Shown one piece after another: positions 33,514-43,349 of a stretch of DNA of 47,620 bases. The notes under the pieces are model-generated. The model worked only from the letters and a program-made list of their open reading frames with translations, did no database searches and was not told the DNA's origin. A program made the translations under genes and the position numbers. Positions within the stretch are counted from its first letter, which is position 1; the number at the start of each line of letters is the position of its first letter. The DNA is from Gemmataceae bacterium (GTDB lineage Bacteria; Planctomycetota; Planctomycetia; Gemmatales; Gemmataceae), in the NCBI GenBank assembly GCA_019747655.1, contig JAIEQO010000290.1, forward strand, positions 1 to 47,620. The letters are read 5' to 3'.

Positions 33514-34806
33514 ATGCGGTGGCTCCTGGTCGGGTACATGTTCCTGTTCATCGACCGGCCGTTCGAGGTCTGGCCGTGGCTCGGGGAGCTGCACGTCGAG
33601 CGGGCGTACATGCTCCTGACCCTGGCCGCGTGGGCGGCCTACCCGGGCAAGCGGTTCCTGCCCAACCTCCAGCACGCGGCCTACGCCGGGTTCGCCGCCG
33701 CGGTGCTGCTGGCCTGGGGCATGAGCCCGTGGGCCGCCCAGGGCGAGCACGTCGTCGAGGACTGGCTGAAGGTCGTCGTCTTCTACGTCATCCTGGTGAC
33801 GACGATCCACGACGAGCGGGGGCTGAAGCACGTCGCCGTCGGGTTCCTGGCGGTGATGGCCCTGTACCTCATGCACTCGTTCCGCGAGTACCTGGGCGGG
33901 CGGCACACCCACCGGATGGGGATCAGCCGGATGGTCGGGGTGGACACCACCCTGGGCGACCCGAACAGCTTCGGGGCGAGCATCGTGCTGGCCCTGCCGG
34001 TTGTGGTGGCCGTGTGGCGGGCCGGGGTCGGCGGGCGGCTCGGCCGGCTGCTGCTGCTCGGCTACGTCGGGCTGTCCTGCCTGTGCATCCTGCTGACCGG
34101 GTCTCGTGGGTCGCTGCTGACGCTGCTCGTGTGGTTCCTCATACTCATCGCCGGGACCCGCCACCGGCTGAAGTACCTGGCCGCGTTCGTGGTGGCCGCC
34201 CCGCTGGCGTACCTGGCCCTGCCGGAGTCGCTCCAGAACCGGTTCGAGACGATCGTGAACCCGGAGGCCGGGCCGAAGAGCGCCCAGGAGTCCGGCGAGG
34301 GCCGCATCCAGGGGTTCTTCATGGGCATGGACCTGTGGGCGGCCAACCCGCTGACCGGGATCGGGCCCGGGGCGTGGCGGCCGGCGACCGGGGCGAAGGC
34401 CGAGTCGCACAGCCTGTACGGCCAGCTCGCCGGCGAACTCGGTACGGCCGGGGTGGTCGCCTTCCTCGGGATGCTGGCCGCGTTCGTCGTCAACGTCCGG
34501 GCGGTCGGGCGGGCCCGCCGCGGCGAGTGGCCCGAGCAGCAAAATGACCTCGTCTACGGCCTCGGCCGGGCCGTCGGGGTGACGGTCTTCCTGTTGCTCT
34601 TCCTCGGGGCGATGGGGCACAACCTGTTCCGGTTCACCTGGCTCTGGTACGGCGGGTTCCTGGTCATCGCCCGGTACTGCGTCGCCCGGCGGATCGCGGA
34701 CTGGGACTACGCGGACGAGCCCGAAGCGGTTGACGAAGACTGGGCGGTGGACGCCGAGCCGGTCCCGGCCGGGTGGGTCGTCCACCCGCCGCACGCCCAC
34801 CGCTGA
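33514..34806 (+). CDS. O-antigen ligase (Wzy_C) family membrane protein
   Basis: GDPNSFG, LTGSRG, PLTGIGPG, HSLYGQLAGELG. Confidence 0.88.
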   Translation: MRWLLVGYMFLFIDRPFEVWPWLGELHVERAYMLLTLAAWAAYPGKRFLPNLQHAAYAGFAAAVLLAWGMSPWAAQGEHVVEDWLKVVVFYVILVTTIHDERGLKHVAVGFLAVMALYLMHSFREYLGGRHTHRMGISRMVGVDTTLGDPNSFGASIVLALPVVVAVWRAGVGGRLGRLLLLGYVGLSCLCILLTGSRGSLLTLLVWFLILIAGTRHRLKYLAAFVVAAPLAYLALPESLQNRFETIVNPEAGPKSAQESGEGRIQGFFMGMDLWAANPLTGIGPGAWRPATGAKAESHSLYGQLAGELGTAGVVAFLGMLAAFVVNVRAVGRARRGEWPEQQNDLVYGLGRAVGVTVFLLLFLGAMGHNLFRFTWLWYGGFLVIARYCVARRIADWDYADEPEAVDEDWAVDAEPVPAGWVVHPPHAHR

Positions 34807-34907
34807 CGGGCCGTGCGTCCGTTCGGGAGGGCGAGCCTCCCGAGCACAGGCCTCCCGGCCTGTGCTCGACACCCGGCGGCTTGCATCGGCCGCGCGGTTC
34901 CCGCAAA

Positions 34908-36479
34908 ATGAAGGGGCGTCGCGTGGCCGGGTTCCGGCCGCGGCCGTCCCCCGGGAGCCGCACCGTCGTGCCCGTCCCCCGCTCCGCTAGCCTCGCCCGC
35001 GGCCTGGCCGTCGCCTCGGGCGTTCTCCTCGGGGCGTCGCTCCTGCCGGCCCAGCAGCCGCTCGGCTCGCGGGTGGAACTCGGCGGGTCCGGGCCGCTGT
35101 CGGCGGACGCAATCAGGAAGGCCCTGGAGGGGCTGGGCCCGACCCTGCCGGGGAACTTCGAGGACCTCGTCCGCGACCGCCTGCTGCGGGACAACCCCTT
35201 GCTCAAAAAGGGGATGGTCGACGAGCAGATCAAGCGGCTCGCCAACGACCCGGCGTTGATGAAGAGGTTGGAGGCCGAGGCCCGGCGTCGGGCCGACGCG
35301 AAGGCGGCCGGCGTCGCCCCCGGCAAAGAACGGCCGCTGCCGCCGGAGTTGGAGAACTGGCTCAAGAACAACCCGCCCCAGCTCACACCGGGCGCGCCGA
35401 AGGTCGGCCCCGACGGTCGACCGGCGGGCGGTCCGCCCAACCCCGTCGGGCCGCCGGGCAAGGACGGGAACGCCGGCCGGCCGGGGCCGCCCCCGATCCA
35501 GCCGGTCCCGGCCGACCCAAAGGGCAACCGCCCCCAGCCGCGACCCGGAACCCCGGGGGGCGACCCGAAGGGGGCTAACCCGGGCACCCCACCCGGCAAG
35601 CCGCCGGCGCCCCCGGCCCCGGGCTCACCCGCCGCCGGCCTCGACGAGCCGGAGTCGCCGCGGGAGAAGGCGACCCGGGCGGCCGCCGCCATGTGGGAGC
35701 GGAACGTCGGCCCGCTGGACGAGACCCCGGCCGTCAAGCGGGCCCTGTTCGACCTCGTCGCCGGCACCGAGGACCTGACCGACGGCGAGGGGAACAACTT
35801 CTGGGACCGGCTCCTGAAGGAGTCCGGCGAGTCCGAGTCGTTCAACGACTTCCTGGGCGACGCCGCGAAGGGGGAAAGCTGGAAGCTCCCGGACTTCGAC
35901 TTTAAGCTCCCGTCCCTGGGGCTGGGCGACTCCACCCCGGACATCGGCGGCCCGACGGCGGGCGACGGCCCGCGGGAAAGCTGGTGGTCGCGGAACTTCG
36001 GCAGCCCCGAGCGGCGGGCCCCGCGGCCGCCGTCGGCCGGGGGCGGGTTCAACATCGGCGTCCCCGGGATGGAAGGGTCGTGGCTGCCCGTCGTCCTCTT
36101 GGCGGCGGTGCTGCTCGGCGGGCTGATCTGGTGGCGGTTCTGGGTGCTCCGGGACGACCCCCGGGAGGCCGCGGCGGCCCTCGGCGGGCTCGGCCCGTGG
36201 CCGGTCGACCCCCGCCGGATCACCACCCGGGCCGACGTGGTCCTGGCGTTCGAGTACCTGAGCGTCCTGATCTGCGGGCCGTCGGCCAAGACCTGGACGC
36301 ACAACACCATCGCCCAGGCCCTCTCCGACCTGGCGGCCACTCACGGGGAGGCGGCGGTGATGCTGGCCCGGCTGTACGAGCTGGCCCGGTACACCCCGGC
36401 CGACGAGCCGCTCTCCACCGCCGAGCTGGCCGAGGCCCGCCGGCTCGTCTGCCGACTGGCCGGGCTGGACCCCGAATGA
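34908..36479 (+). CDS. Pro-rich membrane protein with DUF4129-like C-terminus
   Basis: TM near C-terminus, LARLYELARY motif; start uncertain. Confidence 0.7.
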   Translation: MKGRRVAGFRPRPSPGSRTVVPVPRSASLARGLAVASGVLLGASLLPAQQPLGSRVELGGSGPLSADAIRKALEGLGPTLPGNFEDLVRDRLLRDNPLLKKGMVDEQIKRLANDPALMKRLEAEARRRADAKAAGVAPGKERPLPPELENWLKNNPPQLTPGAPKVGPDGRPAGGPPNPVGPPGKDGNAGRPGPPPIQPVPADPKGNRPQPRPGTPGGDPKGANPGTPPGKPPAPPAPGSPAAGLDEPESPREKATRAAAAMWERNVGPLDETPAVKRALFDLVAGTEDLTDGEGNNFWDRLLKESGESESFNDFLGDAAKGESWKLPDFDFKLPSLGLGDSTPDIGGPTAGDGPRESWWSRNFGSPERRAPRPPSAGGGFNIGVPGMEGSWLPVVLLAAVLLGGLIWWRFWVLRDDPREAAAALGGLGPWPVDPRRITTRADVVLAFEYLSVLICGPSAKTWTHNTIAQALSDLAATHGEAAVMLARLYELARYTPADEPLSTAELAEARRLVCRLAGLDPE

Positions 36480-38008
36480 CCCGCCCCGCCGTCCTCGCCG
36501 CGGCCGCCCTGCTCGCCCTGGCGGCCGCCGCCCCCGCCCAGGAGCCGCAGCCGGCCGGCAAGGGCGTCCCGGCCGACGGGACCGAGGTGTTCCGCTGGCT
36601 GCTGCACAGCCGGGAGGTGAAGCCGATCACCGAGGCCGAGTTCAACCGGCGGACGCGGGACCAAAACTTCGGCGACCTGATCGTGATCGTCCTCGGGCAA
36701 TCGCAGCCGGGCCGGAACCGCTTCGACCCCCTCGCGTTCGGGAACTGGGTGCTGCAGGGGGGCGGGGCGGTGCTCGTGGCGGCCGACGGGTATACCCTGT
36801 TCGGCGGCTTCCTCCCGCTCAACCAACGGGGCGCGCGGGCGTCCATCAGCGGGTCCCCGGTGTACACGACGGACCCGACGGCCGGGTACGCCGGCCAGCC
36901 GGGCTGTCCGTTCGCCGTCCCCCGGACCCCGCCCCGGGGGCAGGCCGACCGGCCCGAGTGGGGCCTCTTCGCCGGCCTCGACCGGGTGGCCACCAACAGC
37001 CCGTCGGCACTCACCCTGCCGACGACCGGGGGCGAGTTCCGGGCCGTCCTCGCGGGCTTCCCCCCGTCGGCCCGGCAGGGATTCGGGTTCCAGGACCAGA
37101 ACGCGCCGCTCCCGCCCGGGGCGGTGTTGGCCGCCGGCGGGTCCGGCCCGCACCCGGACACCGGCCGGCCGTACCGGCTGCTGGCCGTCGCCGACCCGAA
37201 CGTCTTCACCAACGACCTGATGGTCCCGATCGAGAACGTCCCGCCGCCGGACAACCTCCGGTTCGCCAACCGGGTGGTGTCGTTCCTGGTCGAGGAGGGA
37301 GCCGAGGACCGCCGCAAGGCCTGCCTGTTCGTCGAGAACGGCCGGGTGGTCGAGGGTTTCGAGGACCTGCGGGACTACCTCCGCCCGCCGGGCCCGCCGA
37401 TCAGCCTGCCGGGCCTGGGGCAGCTCCAGGAGAAGTTCGTCGAGATCGGCGACGAGGTCGTCGACAAGCTTCAGGAGAAGGACGCCGTCCACCGCAACCT
37501 CCTGTCCGGGGACGAGGCGGTCGAGCGGCACCGGGTCCGGGAGGTGGCCGGCGTCCTGCTCGGCCTGGCGGCCGGCTGGGCGGCCCTGCTGGTGGTGCGT
37601 AGAGTGTGGGGGGCGCGGCAGCCGGGGAACCTGCCGCCGCCCCCGCCCGCGGGCCGGCCGCCGCCGCGGGAGGGGACCCGCCCGGCCGGGGTGTTCGACC
37701 GCCGGCAGAAGGAACTGCTCCGCCGGGACGACCTGACCGAGCCGGTCCGGGCGGCCGTCCGGGAGATGTTCCGGGAGGCCGGGGCCCCGGCCGACGCGGG
37801 CGACCGGCTGCCGGGGGTCCGGGTGTCGGCCGAGGTCCGCCGGCCGGACACCCTGCTGGACGCCCTGGACGAGCTGTGGGCGGTCGGGTTCGGCCGCCCC
37901 GGGCGGGTGACGGCCCGCCGGTGGGCCGCCCTGGAGCCGCTGTTCGTCCGGGCCAAGAAGGCCCACGCCGACGGCAAGTGGAGCTTCGTGTGGTACGAGC
38001 CGGCGTGA
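36476..38008 (+). CDS. Exported/membrane protein of the MoxR operon (DUF4350-like)
   Basis: ATGA overlap, signal peptide, GGAVLVAAD, ADPNVFTNDLM...DNLRFA. Confidence 0.72.
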   Translation: MTRPAVLAAAALLALAAAAPAQEPQPAGKGVPADGTEVFRWLLHSREVKPITEAEFNRRTRDQNFGDLIVIVLGQSQPGRNRFDPLAFGNWVLQGGGAVLVAADGYTLFGGFLPLNQRGARASISGSPVYTTDPTAGYAGQPGCPFAVPRTPPRGQADRPEWGLFAGLDRVATNSPSALTLPTTGGEFRAVLAGFPPSARQGFGFQDQNAPLPPGAVLAAGGSGPHPDTGRPYRLLAVADPNVFTNDLMVPIENVPPPDNLRFANRVVSFLVEEGAEDRRKACLFVENGRVVEGFEDLRDYLRPPGPPISLPGLGQLQEKFVEIGDEVVDKLQEKDAVHRNLLSGDEAVERHRVREVAGVLLGLAAGWAALLVVRRVWGARQPGNLPPPPPAGRPPPREGTRPAGVFDRRQKELLRRDDLTEPVRAAVREMFREAGAPADAGDRLPGVRVSAEVRRPDTLLDALDELWAVGFGRPGRVTARRWAALEPLFVRAKKAHADGKWSFVWYEPA

Positions 38009-38030
38009 TGTACAACCCACCCGGGACCGT

Positions 38031-38126
38031 CGCCCCGGGCTACGTTGTGTCGGGCCTTCGGCCCTCAACTCCTGTTCCGGAGGGCCGAAGGCCCGTGACA
38101 GCATAGCCCGGGGTGAAGCCCCGGGT
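38031..38126. repeat. Inverted pair of REP-like elements
   Basis: gccccgggctacgttgtgtcgggccttcggccctc vs gagggccgaaggcccgtgacagcatagcccgggg. Confidence 0.7.
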
Positions 38127-38173
38127 CGGGTTCGAGCGAACCTTAAACACTCCTACACTCAACACTCTTCATC

Positions 38174-39190
38174 ATGAGCCTGGCCCCGTCGGCGAACCAC
38201 GACACCGCGGCCGGCGGCCGCGACTCCCGCCCGGCCCGGGAGCTGGCCCAGCACGCCAAGCTGCTCGGCCAGCAGGTGACGGCCGAGGTCGCCCGGGTGG
38301 TGGTCGGGGCCGAGGCCGTCACCCAGCAGCTCCTGATCGCCCTCCTGTGCGCCGGCCACGTCCTCCTCGAAGGCGTCCCGGGGGTGGCCAAGACGACCCT
38401 GTCCAAAGTCTTCGCCAAGCTACTCGGCTGCCAGTACCAGCGGGTCCAGTTCACCCCCGACCTGCTCCCGTCGGACGTGACCGGCACGTCGATCTACGAC
38501 CGGAACAAGAGCGACTTCGTCCTCCGCAAGGGGCCGATCTTCACGCAAGTTCTGCTCGCCGACGAGATCAACCGGGCCCCGGCCAAGACCCAGTCGGCGC
38601 TGCTCGAGGCGATGCAGGAGCAGCAGGTGACGGTGGACGGCCAGTCGCTCCCGCTCGACCTGCCGTTCCTCGTACTGGCCACCCAGAACCCGATCGAGCA
38701 GGAGGGCGTCTACCGGCTGCCCGAGGCCCAGCTCGACCGGTTCCTCCTGCGGGTCGAGATGGGCTACCCCGGGTTCGACCACGAGGTCGACCTGCTGAAG
38801 CTGCACAGCCGGCCGCCGGCCGACCTCCGCACGCTGTTCACCCCCGAGCTGATTCTGGGACTTCAGGCCCGGCTGCCGGCGGTGTACGGGGAGGACGGGC
38901 TGTACGAGTACATCGTCCGGCTGGCCGAGGAGACGCGGAAGCACCCGGACGTGTCCCTCGGGGCGAGCCCGCGGGCGGCCCTGAACCTGCTCAAGTCGGC
39001 CCGGGCCCGGGCCGTCCTGGACGGCCGGCATTATTTCACCCACGAGGACGTGCAGGCGGTCGCCTTCCCGGTCCTCGGGCACCGGCTGATCCTCCGGCCG
39101 GAGGCCGAGATCGAGGGGAAGCACGTGGCCGACGTGGTCCGCGAGGTGCTGGCCGCCGTCCGGGTGTTCGAGGTCGAGAGCCGCGGCTAA
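38174..39190 (+). CDS. moxR: MoxR family AAA+ ATPase
   Basis: LLEGVPGVAKT, RVQFTPDLLPSD, LADEINRAPAKTQSALLEAM, LPEAQLDRF. Confidence 0.96.
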   Translation: MSLAPSANHDTAAGGRDSRPARELAQHAKLLGQQVTAEVARVVVGAEAVTQQLLIALLCAGHVLLEGVPGVAKTTLSKVFAKLLGCQYQRVQFTPDLLPSDVTGTSIYDRNKSDFVLRKGPIFTQVLLADEINRAPAKTQSALLEAMQEQQVTVDGQSLPLDLPFLVLATQNPIEQEGVYRLPEAQLDRFLLRVEMGYPGFDHEVDLLKLHSRPPADLRTLFTPELILGLQARLPAVYGEDGLYEYIVRLAEETRKHPDVSLGASPRAALNLLKSARARAVLDGRHYFTHEDVQAVAFPVLGHRLILRPEAEIEGKHVADVVREVLAAVRVFEVESRG

Positions 39191-39192
39191 CG

Positions 39193-39287
39193 ACCCGGGG
39201 CTGTCGCCCCGGGCTACGGTGTCGCGGGCCATGGGCCCACCGGTGACACCTTGAGGGCCGGCGGCCCCAAACAACAGTGCCCCGGGC
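39193..39287. repeat. REP-like element related to 38031-38126
   Basis: cccggggctgtcgccccgggctac...gagggccggcggcccc...gccccggg. Confidence 0.55.
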
Positions 39288-39315
39288 GGCCGCCCCCGGT
39301 GTGATCGTTCAACAC

Positions 39316-41340
39316 ATGCTCACCGCCCGCGGTTGGTGGTTCCTGGTGACGGTCGGGGTCGTCCTCCTGCTCGGGGTGGCGGTCCTGCCGTACTACACCG
39401 TCGCCCCGGTGGCGGTCGCCCTGCCGCTGTTGATCTGGTTCGCCGCCGAGTGGGCGCTGTTCCACGCCCGGGCGAACGCCGTCCTGCCCCGGCTGCGGGC
39501 CACCCGCCGGGTCGTCCAGGCCGGCCGGGAGGTGCCGACCGTCTGGGCCGGGCTGCCGTTCGAGGTCCACGTCGACGTCGAGCACGACGCCCCGGCCGGC
39601 TTCCCGCAGGTGCTGCTCGAAGACCGGCTGCCGCAGGCGGCCGAGCGGGTCGCCGGGGTGCCCGGGAAGTTCGCCGACCTCCGGCCGCACGACCCGGCCC
39701 GGATCGAGTACACCGCCCGCTGCCCGGCCGCCGGGGTGGCCCGGTTCGAGGGCGTCCGGGTCCGGGTGTCCGACCCACAGGGGTTCTTCTACCACCGGGC
39801 CTTCCTCCGCGACGGGGTCGAGGTCCTGGTCCTACCGCCGCTGACCGACGAGGAAGGCCGGCAGCGGGCCGACAAGCGGTTCAACACCCTACCCCCGCCG
39901 GGGGCCCACCGGCTCCGCCGGCCGGGCTCCGGAGGCGAGCTGCTCGACCTACGCGACTACCGCCCGGGCGACCCGCCGAAGATGATCGCCTGGAAGGCGT
40001 CGGCCCGGCGGGACACCCTGATCACGAAGGAGTACGAGAGCGACGTGCCAGTGCGGTGCGTGCTGTTCCTGGACACCTCGGACGGGGTCCGGCTCGGGCC
40101 GCCGGGGAACACGCCGCTGGTCCGTCTGGCGGCGGTGGCGTCCGGGCTGGCCCAGGCGGCGGCCGCCGGGCGGGACCTGGTCGGGCTGACGACGTTCGAC
40201 GAGGCCGGCGTGAAGGGCGTCCCGCCGGCCCGGACCCGGCTCCACACGACGGGGCTACTCCGCCGGCTGGCCGAGGCGTCGGCCCTCCAGCCCGGGACGG
40301 GCGACGTGAGCGTGGAGGCGCTGACCGCCCGGGCGTACCCGCTGGCCCGGGAGCTGTACCCGGAGCTGATGGGCAAGCGGGCCAACCGGATGCCGTTCGG
40401 CCGGCACTGGGTGCCGATGCTCGACCGGTGGTGGGGGTGGGCCCTGTTGGGCCTGGCGTTCTCCCCGTGGTTCTTCCTGACGGCCTTGTACTTCCGGCAG
40501 ATGTGGCTGTTCCGGCCGTGGGCCGAGGCGATGGCCGCCGGGACCGTCCAACTGGCGAAGTGGTGGGGCAAGAGCCAGGTCTACGTCCTGTTCCTCCCGG
40601 TGCCGGCGAAGCTGGCGTTCTTCGTCCTCCTGTTGGCCGCCCCGTTCTACCTGTTCGTGTCCGTCTGGCTACTCCGGGCGGCGATCCAGTCGCTCGCCAT
40701 CCTGTTCGGGGGCAAGGCGAGGGAGCGGGCCAAGCGGAAGCGGCTGGCCGCCCTGCTCGCCCTGCACGACGGGACCGGCCCGGCCGGGGTCGAGCGGCTG
40801 CTCCAGGACGACCCGGCCTACGCCACCCGGGTCGGGGCGTTCCTGGAGCGGCACCAAACCCGGGTCCCGGTCCCCTTGTACGACGAGCGGGGCCGGTTCC
40901 GGTTCCGGTGCGAGGGGAAGGCCCAGGTCCTCGGGGCGGCGATGACCGCGGCCGTCGGCCGGGCCCGGGACAACGAGCTGTATGTCATCCTGGCCGACCT
41001 GACCGAACTCGGGCCGGCCCTGGACCCGGTGGTGAAGGCCGCCCGGCGGGCCCGGGCCCGCCGCCACCACGTCCTGGTGATCGTCCCCTGGCCGGCCGAC
41101 GTGCCCCCGCCGGACGAGGAACCCGGGGCGACCTTCGACCCGGCCAGGAAGCGGCCGCCCCGGAGCCTGGTGCCGCTCGTCCAGGCGGCCCTGACCCGCC
41201 AGTACCACACCCAGTACCGGGCCCTCCGCCGGTCGCTCGGCCGGGTCGGGGCGACGGTCATCCGGGTGGGCGAAGACGACCCGATCCGGCTGGTCCTGGA
41301 CCGGCTCGACCGGCTCCGGGGGATGCGGAGCCGCCGATGA
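39316..41340 (+). CDS. DUF58 domain-containing protein
   Basis: LRDYRPGDPPKMIAWKASAR...TKEYE; follows moxR. Confidence 0.9.
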   Translation: MLTARGWWFLVTVGVVLLLGVAVLPYYTVAPVAVALPLLIWFAAEWALFHARANAVLPRLRATRRVVQAGREVPTVWAGLPFEVHVDVEHDAPAGFPQVLLEDRLPQAAERVAGVPGKFADLRPHDPARIEYTARCPAAGVARFEGVRVRVSDPQGFFYHRAFLRDGVEVLVLPPLTDEEGRQRADKRFNTLPPPGAHRLRRPGSGGELLDLRDYRPGDPPKMIAWKASARRDTLITKEYESDVPVRCVLFLDTSDGVRLGPPGNTPLVRLAAVASGLAQAAAAGRDLVGLTTFDEAGVKGVPPARTRLHTTGLLRRLAEASALQPGTGDVSVEALTARAYPLARELYPELMGKRANRMPFGRHWVPMLDRWWGWALLGLAFSPWFFLTALYFRQMWLFRPWAEAMAAGTVQLAKWWGKSQVYVLFLPVPAKLAFFVLLLAAPFYLFVSVWLLRAAIQSLAILFGGKARERAKRKRLAALLALHDGTGPAGVERLLQDDPAYATRVGAFLERHQTRVPVPLYDERGRFRFRCEGKAQVLGAAMTAAVGRARDNELYVILADLTELGPALDPVVKAARRARARRHHVLVIVPWPADVPPPDEEPGATFDPARKRPPRSLVPLVQAALTRQYHTQYRALRRSLGRVGATVIRVGEDDPIRLVLDRLDRLRGMRSRR

Positions 41341-42239
41341 GCGCCGCCGACCAACCGCCCGAGGTGCAAGCCCCCGACCCGGACACCCTCCGGGGCCGGT
41401 TCCACGCCCCCGAGGTGCGGAACGCCCTGTTCGCCGGGTTGGCGGCGCTGGCCCTGGTGTTCGTCGTCCTGTTCGCCCGCGACACCGACCTGGGGGGGCT
41501 GTTGATCGTCATCCTGGGGGCGGCGGGGATGGTGCTGCGGTGGACGGCCGCCCCGCCGCTGGTCCTGCTGCTGCTCGCCTACTTCCTCGTCTTCCCGGAA
41601 GGCATCCCGGACCCGATGCCCCGGCCGTGGGCGGTGGAGGCGGACCGGTTCGCCGTGCTGGACATGGTGCTGGCTGCGGCGGTGCTGGTGTACGTCGGCT
41701 GCCACTACCGGGTGTACGGGCTGGCCGAGCGGGCGTTCCCGGCGGAGTACCAGGTGCCGCCCCGGGACGAGGGCCGCCCCCCCCGCCGGGACCCGGCCAC
41801 CGTCCGCCCGGAGGAGCCGGTCCGGCTGGCCGCCTTCGCCGTCGCGGCGGCGGTCGTCGGGCAGCTCGTCTGGTGGGGGATGACGACGGCCACCCTCGAC
41901 CCGGCCGGCGACCTGCCGGTCCGGTTCGACGTGCCGCAGACGCCGCCCCGACCGCGGGCCGGGGAGCGGCCGGCCGAGCCGCCGCTGTTCCCGGCCCCGG
42001 TCACGCGGCTGTTGTTGTTGGTCGGGCTGGTGCTCTTCGCCGGGCTGGCCGGGCGGGTGGTGTTCGGGTACTGGCGGCTCCGCCGGCTCTCCCCGGCCGA
42101 GGCCGGGCTGGTCCTCCAGGAGGCGGCCTGGGACGGAGTCCGGCGGGAGCGGGTGCGGATCGAGCGGTGGCGGGTGTGGGGGCGGGGCCGGCGTGCGAAG
42201 CGGGCGGCGAAGGCCAACCGGGACGGAGGCGGGCGATGA
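41337..42239 (+). CDS. Hypothetical membrane protein
   Basis: ATGA overlap; multiple TM segments. Confidence 0.8.
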   Translation: MSAADQPPEVQAPDPDTLRGRFHAPEVRNALFAGLAALALVFVVLFARDTDLGGLLIVILGAAGMVLRWTAAPPLVLLLLAYFLVFPEGIPDPMPRPWAVEADRFAVLDMVLAAAVLVYVGCHYRVYGLAERAFPAEYQVPPRDEGRPPRRDPATVRPEEPVRLAAFAVAAAVVGQLVWWGMTTATLDPAGDLPVRFDVPQTPPRPRAGERPAEPPLFPAPVTRLLLLVGLVLFAGLAGRVVFGYWRLRRLSPAEAGLVLQEAAWDGVRRERVRIERWRVWGRGRRAKRAAKANRDGGGR

Positions 42240-42574
42240 GCTACTGGGTGCGGGAGGTCGGCGGGTGGCTGCTGGTCCTGGCCGGGCTGTACCTGTTCGG
42301 CCAGGCCTACGACCTGCTCTTGCGGCGGCGGCTGTTCGAGGCCGTGCCGGCCGTGTTCATGGGGTTCGTGGTGTTCCGCGGCGGCATCCACCTCTTGAAG
42401 GTGGCGGTGGCCGCCCAGGCGGCCCGGCGGCTGCCCGAGGCCCTGGCCGGGGCCGGCGGGCGGAAGCTGGCCCGGCCGGTCGGGCGGCCGGTCGGCCCGA
42501 CGCGGCTGGACACGGTGCTCCCCGGGCCGAAGACGGCCGGGGGCCGCCGGCCGGCCACCGCCGACCGGGACTGA
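42236..42574 (+). CDS. Small membrane protein
   Basis: ATGA overlap, GGAGG RBS, two TM segments. Confidence 0.8.
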   Translation: MSYWVREVGGWLLVLAGLYLFGQAYDLLLRRRLFEAVPAVFMGFVVFRGGIHLLKVAVAAQAARRLPEALAGAGGRKLARPVGRPVGPTRLDTVLPGPKTAGGRRPATADRD

Positions 42575-42577
42575 CCG

Positions 42578-43285
42578 ATGCCGCCGCCGACCGACGACGT
42601 GCGGGCCGTCTTCTTCGACGCCGTCGGGACCCTCCTTTTCCCCGACCCCGGGGCAGTGGCCGTCTACACCGAGGCCGCCCGCCGGCGGGGCGTGGACCTG
42701 TCACCCGACCTCGTCCGGGCCCGCTTCTGGGCGGCGTACCAGGCCGAAGAGGTGGCCGACCTCGCGGCCGGGTGGGCAACGAGCGAAGCCCGGGAGGAAG
42801 CCCGGTGGCGGCGGATCGTGGCCGACACCCTGCCGGAAGTCGGTGACGGCCTGTTCGCCGAGCTGTTCGGGCACTTCGCCCGGCCCGACGCCTGGCGGGT
42901 CGACCCGGACGCGGCGGCTCTGTTCGCGGAGCTGGCCGGCCGCGGGATCGTCCTCGGGATGGGGTCGAACTACGATGCCCGGCTGATGTCGGTGCTGGCC
43001 GGGCACCGCGAGCTGGACCCGCTGGCCGGCCGGGTGGTGGTGAGCGCGGCGGTCGGGTGGCGGAAGCCGGCACGGACGTTCTTCGCCGAGGTGGAACGCG
43101 CCGCCGGCGTCCCGGCCGCGGACATCCTGTTCGTCGGCGACGACCTCGACAACGACTACCACGGAGCAACCGCCGCCGGGCTGCGGGCGGTGCTGCTCGA
43201 CCCGAACGCCCGGCACCCGGACGTGTCCGACCGAATCACCAGACTGAGCGGAATACTGGACAGGGTAACAGGATCGGCCGGATAA
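42578..43285 (+). CDS. HAD-IA family hydrolase
   Basis: FDAVGTL, SN, KP, VGDDLDND. Confidence 0.93.
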   Translation: MPPPTDDVRAVFFDAVGTLLFPDPGAVAVYTEAARRRGVDLSPDLVRARFWAAYQAEEVADLAAGWATSEAREEARWRRIVADTLPEVGDGLFAELFGHFARPDAWRVDPDAAALFAELAGRGIVLGMGSNYDARLMSVLAGHRELDPLAGRVVVSAAVGWRKPARTFFAEVERAAGVPAADILFVGDDLDNDYHGATAAGLRAVLLDPNARHPDVSDRITRLSGILDRVTGSAG

Positions 43286-43336
43286 ATACCGTACATGCTC
43301 TGTTCCAACATCCCGTCTCATCCTGTTATCCTGTCA
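43258..43336. repeat. Inverted GACAGG(A/G)TAACAGGAT-type repeat between convergent genes
   Basis: gacagggtaacaggat vs atcctgttatcctgtc. Confidence 0.6.
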
Positions 43337-43349
43337 AACATTTTTCGCC

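Noticed and set aside
38145-38167. ACACTC x3 upstream of moxR
   Set aside because: Short, irregularly spaced, and no second occurrence to support a regulatory role
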